From positions 10,154,385 to 10,193,792 of the forward strand of contig NC_057754.1 of the NCBI RefSeq assembly GCF_004010195.1: a stretch of DNA of 39,408 nucleotides. The letters are read 5' to 3'. Positions 23,534-35,940 of the stretch are shown here, piece by piece. The notes below the pieces were generated by a model. It saw only the letters and a program-made list of their open reading frames with translations. It was not told the origin of the DNA and searched no databases. A program made the translations under genes and the position numbers. Source of the DNA: Chiloscyllium plagiosum (lineage: Eukaryota). How positions within the stretch are numbered: the first letter of the stretch is position 1; every line of letters starts with the position of its first letter.

Positions 23534-24109
23534 CTAGATTCTTTCCCACACACTTCAGCACCTCTACCTTTACAACCTCTCTTTAAAAAAAGTTCAAGGA
23601 CAAAATAACCTTATTAAAGTGACAGCATCGTCATACACCATTCATTCTTTTATGATGGGGTTTGAAGGGATAATTTTGCTGCTTTACATTAGGGTCTGGA
23701 AGATGAAGTTCGCTGTTTATATTGGGGTCTGTTTGTCTGGGACCACCTTGATCAAGACATTAACTGATTCCTTTTTTCAGCTTGTGCAGTGTTTCACTGC
23801 CACATTTCCTACATGATCACAGGGATGACACTCTGAAAGGATATGGTTTATCTGTAAAACTCATTGGGACATCTTGACGTAGTGAAACTTTCCGAAGACG
23901 GAAGACAACATCCCAAACTGGAACAGTTTCATCTTCTTGCAGAGAAATCAAAAACTTGAATGCTATGTGTTTGACACATACTTATTTATTAAATGTGTTT
24001 CATAATATTAAGCTTCAGTGCAGTCACAAGGATTGTTAATATTAACTATCAGAATTAGTTCATCCCAGATGGGATTAATGCCAGAATCTGACCCTATCAT
24101 GTGAATATT

Positions 24110-24995
24110 TTGCTGGCATAGCAGGATACTAACATCTGGAAGCTCATGCCAAAATTGGGAGAGTGATCTCACAGACTAGTCAAACAATGCCCAAATATTG
24201 TCTTACTTCCAGAATCAAAACTTACAGACAACACCATCACCATCTTTGGCAAGTCAGACCCAACGCGTGACAGTACAGTGGTATACTAATGGGACAGAGT
24301 TGCCCTGTCTTCACCATTGATTCCAGATGCCATGATGTTTCATTGCATGAGATCAAATGTGGAGTTGGTACATGGTAATCAGTTCTTCTACGTGTTGAAC
24401 ACCATTTGGAGGAAGCACTGAGAATGAGAAGGGTGCAAGGAACCAGGGGAAAACATTCTGCTGGTAGGAATCATACCTGGAAAACAGGAAGATTGTTTTG
24501 CTGGTTGGAGTTCAGTTGACTTTACTGCATCTCTGCAGGAGTTCCTCAGGGTGGTGTCCTAGGCCCAACCATCTTCAGCTGCTTCATCAATGACCTTCCC
24601 TCCATCATGAGGTCAGATGACGATGTTTGCTGATGATTACACAAATGTTCAGCATCATTTGCGACTCCTCAGGTATTGAGCAGTAGCAGAAGCAGTCTGT
24701 CTTCTGATGCAGCAAGAGGTCAACGATATCCAGGCTTGGGCTAACACCTGGCAAATAACATTCATGCCATACAAGTGTCAGACAATGACCATTTCCACAA
24801 GAGATAATCTGACCATCACTGTATATTCAGTATCACTAGGTCAATATCCTTGAGCTCCCTCTTGAAAAGCAGTGTGACTGCATCCACACAAACTCACCTG
24901 CAGTGGTTCAAGATGAAAACTCACCATTACCTTCTCAAGAGCAACTAGGGATGGACATTAAATACTGTGCCAGCCAGTGATGCCCACACACATAG
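24110..24995 (+). mobile_element. CR1-clade LINE (second family), internally deleted EN+RT remnant
   Basis: Endonuclease start (PKLGE..HRLVKQ.P.IV) and RT GVPQGGVLGPTIFSCFINDLPS..MFADD. Confidence 0.8.
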
Positions 24996-25009
24996 CAGGA
25001 GAATCATCT

Positions 25010-25788
25010 CTTCCCAGTGAGAGTGCTACTTTCAGCAGTTTCCTTGTGCACTGAAAGCCCTTTTAAAACTGAACATTTGAACTGTCTTATATTAGAGTGA
25101 ATGAGCTGATGTTTACTGAACTGTGATGATGTAAATGGCCTTTTCCCAGTGTGTGTGACTCATCTTTCACAGATTCCTGTTTCTATTTGTCTTTCCGGTC
25201 AGAATATCTAAACTGCCTCTTTCTCTTGGTCATTGTGATCAAGGAGGTGTGAAACGAGGGTGTTTAACTGAGTAAATCCGTTCTCACACATGGTGCAAAT
25301 GAACAGCCTCTCCCCACCTTGAATGGGTTGGCGCCTCAACAGATTAGTTGTGCTTTTAAAGCTCTTCCCAAGGTCAGAAGATTGAAACGGTCTCTCTTCA
25401 GTGTGACAAGGTTGATGTTTACTGAGCTATGATGACAGAGTTAATCCCTTTCCCCACACAGGGCAGGTGAATGGCCTCGGCCTAGTATGTATTCGCAAGT
25501 GCATCATCACCTTTAAACCTCGTCCCAGTTTAAACATTGACAGGGTTTCTCAGCAGGTTTAAGAAGTCTGTGCCTTCTGAGACAGCGGAAGCATGTGAAT
25601 GCTTTCACGCGCACAAGAGTAAATAAAGGTTTCACCCCATGTGAATCCACTTGTGATCACGGAATGGTCTCCCCCCACTGTGAACCTACACGTAGTCAGG
25701 GACGTGCAGTAAACAATCGTTTTCATCAAACAGAGCAGGTGAAGGGCCTCTCCCCAGTGTGCAAATGTCGATGGTCAGTGAGGTAAGC
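25010..25788 (-). pseudogene. C2H2 zinc-finger array pseudogene, 3' part
   Basis: RC has repeated linkers HTGERPFTC, HTRPRPFTCPV, HTEERPFQ and QGGERLFICTMC; stops and lost Cys residues. Confidence 0.85.
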
Positions 25789-27995
25789 AGAAAGGACTTT
25801 TGATGAGGACTCATCTACTGAGGTAGTATGGGTTGAGGTTAGAAACCAGAAAGGAGAGGTCACCCTGCTGGGAGTTTTCTATGGGCCTCCAGATGGTTCC
25901 AGAAATGTAGAGGAAAGGATAGCAAAGATAATTCTAGATAGGAGTTAAAGTAACAGGGCACTTGTTATGAGGAACTTTAACTTTCCAAATATTGACTGGA
26001 AAAGGTACACTTTGAATACTTTAGATGGGTCAGTTTTTGTCCAATGTGTGCAGGAGGGTTTCCTGACACAGTATGTACATACATTGGATTTGGTACATGG
26101 TAATGAATCAGGCCAGGTGTTAGATTTGGAGATAGATGAGCACTTTGGTGATAGTGACCATAAGTTGGTTACGTTTACTTTAGCGATGAAAAGGGATAGG
26201 TGTACACCACAGCGCAAGCGTTACAGCTGGGGGAAACTCAATTATGAAGCGATTAGGATGGTCAACGTGATCGAGGAGGTGTGAAACAAGGGAGTTTAAC
26301 TGAGTAAATCCTTTCTCACACATGGTGATTTAGGATGATTTCGGATGCAAAGGATGGGGAAGGAAACTGCAGGGGATAGACACAACTGAAATGTGGAGCT
26401 TGTTCAAGGAACAGATACTTGATAAGTATGTACCTGTCAGGCAGGGAGGAAGTAGTCAAGCAAGGCAAGCATGAGCCTGACATCGGTGGTGGGCAAGTTA
26501 TTGGAAGGAATCCTGAGGGATAGGATGTACATGTATTTGGAAAAGCAAGGACTGTTAGGGATAGTCAACATGGCTTTGTGCATGGGAAATCATGTCTCAC
26601 AAACTTGACTGAGTTTTTTGATAAAGTAACAAAGAGGATTGATAAGGTCAGAGCAGTGGACGTGATCTATATGGACTTCAAGGAGAAAGTGAGGACTGCA
26701 GATGCTGGAGATCAGAGTTGAAAATGTGTTGCTGGAAAAGCGCAGCAGGTCAGGCAGCATCCAAGAAGCAGGAGAATCGATGTTTCGGGCTGAAGAAGGG
26801 TTCATGCCCAAAACATCGATTCTCCTGCTTCTTGGATGCTGCCTGACCTGCTGCGCTTTTCCAGCAACACATTTTCAGCTCTATATGGACTTCAGTAAGG
26901 CATTCGACAAGGTTCCTCATGGGAGACTGGTTAGCAAGGTTAGATCTCATGGAATACAGGGAGAACTAGCCATTTGGATACAGAACTGACTGAAAGGTAG
27001 AAGACAGAAGGTGGTGGTGGAGGGTTGTTTTTCAGACTGGAGGCCTGTGACCAGTGGAGTGCCACAAGGATCAGTGCTGGGTCCACTACGTCTGTGTGCT
27101 TATCCAAGGACTGTTTAAATGCCCCTGCTGTGGCTGAGTTGACTATATTGGCAGGCAGGGCATTCCCCCCCCTTTACCACTCTCTGAGTAAAGAAGCTGC
27201 CTCTGACATCTGTCTTAAATCTAATTTAGATAAATATGAGGTGCTGCATTTTCGAAAAGCAAATCTTAGCAGGACTTATACATTTAATAATAAGGTCCAA
27301 GGGAGTGTTGCTGAACAAAGAGACCTTGGAATGCAGGTTCATAGTTCCTTGAAAGTAGAGTCACAGGTAGATAGGATAGTTGGGTATACTTTCTTTTATT
27401 GGTCAGAGTACAGGAGTTGGGAGGTCGCGTTGCAGCTGGACAGGATGTTGGTTCGGCCACATTTGGAATATTGCGTGCAATTCTGGTCTCCGGTTGTTGT
27501 GAAACTTGAAAGAGCTCAGAAACGATTTACAAGGATGTTGCGAGGATTGGAGGATTTGAGCTCTCGGGAGAGGCTGAATAGGCTGAGGCTGTTTTCCCTG
27601 GTGCGTCGGAGTCTGAAGGGTGACCTTATAGAGGTTTATAAAATCATGAGGGGCTTGGAAAGGATAAATAGAGAACATCTTTTCCCTGGGGTAGGGGAGT
27701 CCAGAACAAGAGGGTTTAGGGTGAGAGGGGAAAGATATAATAGGGCCTAAGGGGCAACGTCTTCACACAGAGGGGTGTGAGTGTATCAAATGTGCTGCCA
27801 GAGGAAGTAGTGGAAGCAGGCAGAACTGCAACTTTTAAAAGGTATCTGGATGGTTATATGAATAGGAAGGGTTTGGCGGGATATGGGTCAAGTGCTGGCA
27901 AATGGAACTGGATTAGGTTGGGATATCTGGTCGGCATGGATGAGTTGGACTGAAGGGTCTGTTTCTGTGCTGTACATCTCTGTAACACTATGACT
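25789..27995 (+). mobile_element. CR1/HER1 LINE A (EN to 3' tail, deleted and with nested inserts) within the ZNF exon
   Basis: NFNFPNIDW, LDLV, GDSDH, YMDFSKAFDKVPH, RPHLEYCVQFWSP; 3' tail present. Confidence 0.95.
26681..26879. mobile_element. Penelope-type palindromic short element with 15-bp TSD
   Basis: ~77-bp inverted arms (26714-26790 and 26806-26882); TSD tctatatggacttca at 26666-80 and 26880-94. Confidence 0.9.
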
Positions 27996-29946
27996 CTAAG
28001 TTGGATCTCTAAGAGGAAGAAGGAGACTTATGTAAAGGTGATGTGTGAAGACTCAGCTGGGGTGCTTGAGAGATACAAATTAGCCCGGAAGGTCCAAACG
28101 AGAGAGCTAAGAAGAGTCAGGAGGGGACATGAGAAGTCTCTGGCAGGTAGGATCATGGAAAACCCTAAAGCTTTCTCTAGGTATACTAGGAATAAAAGAA
28201 TGACTAGAGTAAGATTAGGGCCAGTCAAGGACAGTCACGGGAAGTTGTGCATGGAGTCCGAAGAGATAGGAGAGGCACTAAATGAATATTTTTCGTCAGT
28301 ATTCACACAGGAAAAGACAATGTTGCCAAAGAGAATAGTGAGATACAGGCTATTAGACTAGACAGAATTGAGGTTCATGAGGAAGAGGTGTTAGCTATTC
28401 TGGAAAGTGTGAAAATAGCTAAGACCCCTGGGCTGGATGGGATTTAGGATTCTCTAGGATTCTCTGGGAAGCTAGGGAGGAGATTGCAGAGCCTTTGGCT
28501 TTGATCTTTGTGTCATTATTGTCTACAGGAATAGTGCCAGAAGACTCAATGATAGCAAATGTTGTCCCCTTGTTCAATAAGGTGAGTTCAAGAAGGGAAT
28601 TATAGAACAGTGAGCCTTACTTCAGTTGTGAGTAAACTGTTGGAAAGGATTATAAGAAATAAGATTTATAATCATCTAGAAAGAAATAATTTGATTGGGG
28701 ATAATCAACATGGTTTTGTGAAGGATAGGCCGTACTTTACAAACCTTATTGAGTTATTTGAAAAGGTAACCAAACAGGTGGATGGCGGTAAAGCGGTTGA
28801 CGTGATGTATATGGATTTCACTAAAGCGTTTGATAAGGTTCCCCACGGTAGGTGATTGCAGAAAATACAGGGGCATGGGATTGAGGGTGATTTAGCAGTT
28901 TGGATCAGAAATTGGCGAGCTGAAAGAAGACAGACGGTGGTGGTTAATGGGAAATGTCCATCCTGGAGTTCAGTTACTAGCGGTGGACCGCAAGGATCTG
29001 TTTTGGGGCCACTGCTGTTTGTCATTTTTATAAATGACTTGGATGAGGGTGTAGAAGGATGGGTTAGTAAATTTGCAGATGGCACTAAAGTCAGTGGAGT
29101 TGTGGATAGTGCTGAAGGGTGTTGCAAGTTACAGAGGGACATAGACAGGATGCAGAACTAGTATGAGGTATCAAATGGAGTTTAATATGGAAAAATGTGA
29201 GGTGATTCACTATGGAAGGAGAAACAGGAATGCAGAGTACTGGACCAATGGTAGGATTCTTAGTCGTGTGGATGAGCAGAAAGATCTCGGTGTCCATGTG
29301 GATAGATCCCTGAAAGTTGCTACCCAGGTTGATAGGGTTGTTAAGAAAGCATATGGTATGTTCGCTTTTATTGGTAGAGGGATTGAGTTTCGGAGGCATG
29401 AGGTCATGTTGCAGCTGTACAATACTCTGGTGCGGCCACACTTGGAATATTGCATACAGTTCTGGACACCTCATTATAGGAAGGACATGGAAGCTTTGGA
29501 AAGGGTGTAAAGGAGATTTACCAGGATGTTGCCTGGTATGGAGGGAAGGTCTTATGAGGAAAGGCTGAGGGATTTGAGGCTGTTTTCATTAGGGAGAAGA
29601 AAGTTGAGAGGTGACTTAATAGAGGGTTAGATAGAGTGGACAGTGAGAGTCTTTTTCCTCAGACAGTGATAACTAGCACGAGGGGACAGAGCCTTAAATT
29701 GAGGGGTGATAGATACAGGACAGATATCAGAGGTAGGTTCTTTACTCAGAGAGTAGCAGGAGCGTGGAACGCACTGCCTGCAACAGTAGTAGACTCGCCA
29801 ACTTTAAGTGCATTTAAATAGTCATTGGATAGGCATATGGTGAAAATGGAACAGTGTAGGTTCAATGGGCTTCAGATTGGTCCCACAGGTTAGTGCAACA
29901 TCGAGGGCCAAAGGGTCTATACTGCACTGTAATGTTCTATGTTCTA
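27996..29946 (+). mobile_element. CR1/HER1 LINE B, 5'-truncated ORF2 to 3' tail
   Basis: [50 protein letters not shown]; stops; tail ttctatgttcta. Confidence 0.95.
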
Positions 29947-30556
29947 ATTGCCTGAATGCCTTCTCGCACTCAAAACAGACAAACGGTCTCTCCATAGTGT
30001 GAACTTGCTAAGGCCAAACCAAAGTGTTCGAGCTCTTAAAATGGCTTCTACAATTAGACCATTTAAAAGATCCCTCAACAAAGTCAGCACACTGATGTGA
30101 AATGAGTCTAAACTACCGAGCGAATCCTTTCCTACACACAGAGCAGGTGAATGGTCTCTCCCTGGTGTGAACCCCATGATGAATCTCCAGCTCAGATGAG
30201 GGCCTGAATCCCTTCCCACAATTCCCACATTTCCACGGGTTCTCTTTGTGCTCCTCCAGCTTGATGATCAGTGAAGCGTCAGTCATTCAGACCACACGTG
30301 GGGCCACTCTCTGCTGGGAGTGCGGCTGTCTAACTGGTTAAAGCTTTCTCCAAAGTCAGTTCACTGGAACACCCCCATTTGGGCACGGGAGAATGTTGAT
30401 GCTTTCCCTGATGCTTGAAATATTTCCCCATGGACTGAAGAGATGAATGCATCTCCTTTGTCATTCAAACGCTGATAATGAATAGCGTGACTCTGTCAAA
30501 CCTTGTTCTGATGTTTGGGTTGAGTTATTTTCTGTAAGTCTGTTCCTTCCAATGTC
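29947..30556 (-). pseudogene. C2H2 zinc-finger pseudo-exon, 5' part
   Basis: RC has [32 protein letters not shown] and [12 protein letters not shown]; candidate splice acceptor cttttccag|g at 30557/30556. Confidence 0.8.
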
Positions 30557-30899
30557 CTGGAAAAGTTCTTGACAGTGTCAGTATCACGATCCATCCAGAA
30601 ATTTCATAGTTGCATGACAGAATAGAACTGACCTGTATGAAGCATTCTGACACTCTCTTGCTTCAGCAGGAATGTGGTTTAATCAAACTAAAAGAAGCGA
30701 ATTTCAGCAGCAAAGTCCCAACAAAAGTCAAGGGACCAGAATGTGCTTTCCATTGTCCAAAACTCCAACAAGACACTTGAACCACTGTGGTACCCACAAC
30801 TTGTGTAAGTTATTGAGTGCACCAGTGAACTCCATATGGTCCCTCGCCAAGAGTACCCAGGCAAGGGAAAGGTCATGGAAAAGAGGGCACTGCCAGAGT

Positions 30900-31190
30900 A
30901 ATCCCATCCACCAAAGGGTTCATTGATCCTGGATCGACAACTTGCTCATTCGTCAATTTGCCCAGTCTGCCCTACCCTGGGCAGCCAATGATAAAGAGCC
31001 TGAGGATGAAGTGTCACCACATGCTGAGGAGCAGCTCCTTCAGATAACTGGACAGAAGCTTGGCACACTGAAAATATACATGACCCAAGGACACCTCTGC
31101 TGCCGAGGAGAGGGTGAAGCTGTTCAAAGTCTTGTTGCCCAGGATATCCACGGTACAGTGGAAGATTCAGAAAAGCATCAGGCACAGCTC
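30900..31190 (-). mobile_element. Possible L1/Tx1-like ORF2 C-terminal remnant
   Basis: RC frame SLGHVYFQCAKLLSSYLKELLLSMW*HF resembles the HxxxxC knuckle region of Tx1-type LINEs; highly degenerate. Confidence 0.4.
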
Positions 31191-31965
31191 TAAAGCTAAA
31201 AGGAAAACCTGGCAGATCAGGAAGAGAGCGTGACAGGAATAGAGGGAATCAGTGACAAAAGCAGTTTCTGGGACAATCCATGAAAAGTAAAAACTGAAGG
31301 CACAGAAAATTGGCGTGTGGGAAGCAGGAAGCACTGAATGTCCTCTTTCTGTCCAGGAAGTTTCTTGTTGCTGGAAGGTGGCCATTCAGCCCCTCGGGTC
31401 TTTTACTGCAATGAGATAATGGCTGTTCTGTGACCACACCCAATTAAACCTGTAGAAAATATACTCTCTCCCCAAGATGGCAACCAGTTGCCCGTGTCAT
31501 TACCTCAACAGGGTGACTGCTGGTTGCCTGGGTAATACAGGCCTGGCCTGGGAAGAAGCCCCACCTCCCTGACACCCAACCACAAGATGGTAGTCAGTGA
31601 GCCCACTCTCTTGGGCTCTGTCTCTGCCATGGGGTAAACATGCCTATGGGCTCATATTTGGGGCCTCAGGCCTCCCCCAAACAGTGATAAAGTTGCTCGT
31701 CCCCAGTTTCCATTCCTACCCTGTCTAACAATCTCCTCCTGCCCCAGAACGGTGCTCCTCCGCAGTCTGTCCACATGACTGACATGGACCCTGCCCATGA
31801 ACATGGCCCACTCCAGTTCCTGCTCACTGGGCTCCTGTACTCACTGTAAGGGGGCTTACTCTAGTGCGGGGCAGTCTGAGTAACTGTTTCATCACTGGTC
31901 TCCTATAGTCACTTGTGAGTGACTTTTTGTAGCCTGAGATTCTCTGGTAGGTGATCCCGCATTAG

Positions 31966-32337
31966 AGCCATAGAGATGTACAGCATGGAAACAGACCATT
32001 CGGTCCAACCCGTCTATGCCGACCAGATATCCCAATCCAATCTAGTCCCACCTGCCAGCACCCGGCCCATATCCCTACAAACCCTTCCTATTCATATACC
32101 CATCCACATGCCTCTTAAATGTTGCAATTGTACCAGCCTCCACCACTTCCTCTGGCAGCTCATTCCATACACGCACCACCCTCTGCGTGAAAACGTTGCC
32201 CCTTGGGTCTCTTTTATATCTTTCCCCTCTCACCCTAAACCTATGCCCTCTAGTTCTGGACTCCCCGACCCCAGGGAAAAGACTTTGCCTATTTATCCTA
32301 TCCATGCCCCTCATAATTTTGTAAACCTCTATAAGGT
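31966..32337 (-). mobile_element. Young CR1/HER1 3' end
   Basis: ORF 32075-32398 has LIEVYKIMRGMDR...RVVRVWNELPEEVVEAG; tail present; near-identical family to 39091-39408. Confidence 0.95.
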
Positions 32338-32854
32338 GGAATTGGTGAAAAAAAACAATGTTTTGATATCTCGGTTGAGATTGGAACGAGAGGCACAATT
32401 CAAATTAAGTTCTTACAGTATGTAGAAATCTGAATGCCTGGACCTTCTTACTGTGAGATTATTTGTAGCCGATCAGAAACTGTGCGTATGTCTAACACTC
32501 TCAAAGGTGTTATCAGTTTTATGGGGTGCAGATCTGAACTTGGAGTTGAGACCAGGACCAAATCAGCTATGAGCCTATTGAGCAGTAAAACAGACTCAAA
32601 GGGCGAAATCATGCTCAAATGGTCAAGTTGGACTTGTTTCCACTGGATTTTAGAATAGTGAGGGCTAACTTGATGAAAGCATAGAAGATCCGGAATGGGT
32701 TGACATGGTGAATGCAGATAGGATGTTTTGTCTTCTGGGTGAGATTAAAACTTGGGCCGCGGTCTTTAACTTAGCACAGAGATGAGAATACATTTTCAGG
32801 CAGAGGCCTGTGTCACTTTGGAACACTGCCTCAGAAGGTGTAGGAGGCAGAGTT

Positions 32855-33767
32855 CGAGTCATAGAGCACAGAAACAGACCCTTCGGTCCAACCAATCCAT
32901 ACCAAACAGCTTCACCTGCCGGTTCCTGGCCCATATCCATCCAAGCCTTTCCTATTCATGTATCCATCCACATCTTTTAAACATGGTAATTGTACCCACG
33001 TCCACCACTTCCGCAGGAAGTTCATTCCACACAGACCACCCTCTGTGTGTAAAACATTTGTCTTTTATTCCTTTTTTAAATCTCTCTCCTCTCACCTTAG
33101 ACATGTGCCCCCAGTCTCAAAAGTCTCCATCTGATGGAGAAGGCAACGACCATCAACTCTATCTAGATCACTCATTATTTTATAAACTTCTATCAGTTAA
33201 CCTCTCAACCCCCTACGCTCCCGTGAAAGAAGTCCCAGTGTATCCAGGCTTTCTTTATAACTCAAACCTTCCATACCTGGCAACATCCTGGTAAATCTCT
33301 TCTGAACACTCTGTAGCTTGATAATATCCTTCCTATAACCGGGCTACCCCAAACTGGACACAGTATTCCAGAAGAGGCCTCACCAATGTCCTGTATAACC
33401 TTAACATATCATCTCAACTCCTATACTCAAAGGACTGAGCAATGAAGGCAAGCGTGCTAAACGCCGTTTTAACCACTTTGTCGATATGTGATACACACTT
33501 CAGACAATTATGTACATCCCGAGGTCCCTCTGTTCTACAACACTGTCCAAGGATCTACCATTAATTGTATATGTCTTCCCTGGTTAAATACCTCACATTT
33601 ATCCAGATGGAACTCCATCTGCCATTTTTCAGCCCATTGACTCATTTCACCAAGATCCTCTTGTAATCTTAGGAAACCTTCTTCACTGTCCACTTTCCCA
33701 CCAATTTTGCTGTCATCCGCAAAATTGCTCGCCATGCCTTCTGTATTCTCATCTAAATCATTTATAT
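32855..33767 (-). mobile_element. CR1 LINE RT to 3' end; its 5' side abuts the Gypsy 3' LTR
   Basis: ORF 33535-33735 has FADDSKIGG..WAEKWQMEFHLDKCEV; 3' tail at ~32860. Confidence 0.9.
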
Positions 33768-34476
33768 TGTTATGACACGGGTGAAGTCTCCTGCTTAATT
33801 TAAAACCAGCAACATAGAAAAGGTTTATCCCATGCAGTAATCTGTAAAATATCGAATGGCTAAGAACTATTTAAAGTAAAAATTAACAACTTTATTTCTT
33901 CAAGTATAACAGAGAATGATTAACTTACAACTATGTACAAGTCCTTCCTCTAACCAATCTTTTACCTTCCCTTCTATAATACTAGCCCGATAAAACTCCC
34001 AATGACGATTCACAAAACAACCCTTCTTATCCAGGCAGCTTTCGGTTCTTCTATTTGGATCTTCCTGGGTCTTCTTTTCTTGTTCTTAGGGATTTCTGCA
34101 TCACAGGTTACTAACTGAAAAAGGTATCTTTAAGAGGACTATTTTTCAGGCAGTCTTTTACTTGCTGTGGCTTGACAGCTCTCCTCCCAACTGTTCAATT
34201 TTCCCCTGGTCTTATACCCCAGAGCATCGGATTGTGTCTTTGGCTTTTAAGATTGTCAATATATTCAATTCAAACTGGATTGGAAATTGGTATTTTTCAG
34301 GGAATAATTTCAATTGATTGGCCAAATTCGAATTTTTTTTTGTTGTTTCCAGGCAACCAGCTACTCCAGTACCTGCAGCCCATGTTACACATTGTGTCTT
34401 ATTGAGAACACTTGGTGCTGTCACTGCTAGCTTTTACATCTCTTAAAATGTATAGTTCACCCACATCTTCACAACA
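33768..34476 (-). repeat. 3' LTR of the Gmr1-like element
   Basis: TGTTATGA...TCACAACA termini; preceded on the minus strand by PPT AAGGGGGGAGG (34477-34487). Confidence 0.85.
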
Positions 34477-35849
34477 CCTCCCCCCTTAAGAAAAAATTGA
34501 TTTATCACAATGAAAAGATGGCTTCATTTTTTTTCTACTTTTAAAACACATTACCCTAACATACAGATAACATTAATGTAAGTTCACCGTAACTTCTTCC
34601 CATATACCTATATATATATATATAAATAACATTAAATAAAGACAAATCTCACCTAAACTCTAGCAGTTAAATCCGTAATAACGCATCTGCAATTACATGC
34701 TTCCAACTCGCAACATGTACGATTTTTAAATTAGAAGTCTAACATAAGACTCAGACATAATAGTCTCATATTTTTATCTTTAAAACGTTCTAAGCGGATT
34801 GTGGTCAGTGTACACGTTGTGTCCGACACATTGTTCATGACATACAAGTTAAAATTTGTAAGGCCAGTACCAAACTCAATCGTTCCTTTTTGATTGTGGA
34901 GTATTTCCTCTGGGGGATGCTGATCTTCTTCGAAAAGTAACCAACGGGCAGTTCAATCCCATCCTCATCGTCCTGTAGGAGTATAGCTCCAACTCCAATG
35001 TCACCAGCATCGATGGTGACTTTAAAAGTTTTTTAAAGGTTCGGTGTAGCTAAAACTGGTTTGCTGGTTACTATTGGTTTCAAATGGTTGAATGCCTCTT
35101 GGCATTGTTCTGTCCACCAAAACTTTGTGTTCTCCTTCAGCAAACCGGTGAACAGTGCCACTACACTGCTGAAGATTGGAATAAACTTCCAATTGAATCC
35201 GCCGAGTCCGAAGAATCGAAGCACCTCTTTCTTCGAGGTTAGTCATGGAATTCCTCGATGGCCTTCGTCTTTGCGTTCCATAGGGTCAGCCTTCCATGAC
35301 CGATGTTATGTCCCAAGAACGTCACCTCTGCTTTCGCTAATTCTGTTTTATTTAACTTTATCACTAGTTTTGCTTCCCGTAGTTATTCAACATGGTCTGC
35401 CAACTGTACCATGTGATCTTTCCAGGACTTACTAAAGATTGCCCAAATAGACCACACAGTTTGTTAACCCAGCCACAACTCTGTTCATGAGTCGTTGGAA
35501 TGTGGCGGGTGTGTTCTTCATTCAAAACGGCATCACTTTAAATTGATACAACCTGTTTGGGGTTACAAACGCAGAAATTTCTTTCACTGTCTCTAATAAA
35601 GATACCTGCCAGTAATCACGCATTAAGTCCAACTTAGTGATGTACTGGCTTGTCCGACTTTCACGATACAGTCCTCCAATCTAGGAATTAGATAAGAGTC
35701 TGACTTTGTAATGGCATTGACCTTCCAATAATCCATGCAGAATTGTTGAGTCCCGTCCGGTTTTGGAATTGAGGCGATGGGCAAACTCCACTCATTCTGG
35801 CTTGGTTCGATGATGTTCTCATTGAGCATGGCCTCCATCTCCACTGGGG

Positions 35850-35940
35850 CTGAAAATGTGTTGCTGGAAAAGCGCAGCAGGTCAGACAGCATCCAGGGAA
35901 CAGGAGAATCGACGTTTCGGGCATAAGCCCTTCTTCAGGA
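35850..35940 (-). mobile_element. Short Penelope-type insert with hammerhead motif, inside Gypsy pol
   Basis: RC CTGAAGA-A-GGGC(TTAT)GCCC-GAAA-CG-TC followed by the same arm as 21830-21919. Confidence 0.8.

Larger units (their letters stand above)
20410..23637 (-). mobile_element. Ty3/Gypsy (Gmr1-like) LTR retrotransposon 5' half: LTR, PBS, gag, protease region
   Basis: Gag LPKFEEKGVEAVFISFEKMAKQM and YKEVKKAF..RQCFTNLRRDPGQTY; zinc knuckle CFHCNKVGHMKSQC. Downstream coding is homologous to the pre-integrase region of the 33768-39090 element. Truncated at ~20410. Confidence 0.9.
22680..23637 (-). repeat. 5' LTR of the Gypsy element, interrupted by tRNA plus SINE
   Basis: TGTTATG...CATACA termini; immediately adjacent to the PBS. 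Confidence 0.75.

Noticed and set aside
27025..27750. Longest ORF (241 aa) as a novel gene
   Set aside because: It is a chimera of out-of-frame CR1, antisense filler and the CR1 C-terminus, with no RT core.
31440..31930. GC-richer segment with motifs resembling the RC of 1950-1990 (possible old DNA-transposon family)
   Set aside because: No TIR, TSD or coding motif could be established by eye.
22680..34476. The two LTRs as a pair bounding one element that captured the ZNF locus
   Set aside because: The LTR sequences differ beyond TGTTATG, and the PBS and PPT lie on the outer sides, so they belong to two separate elements.
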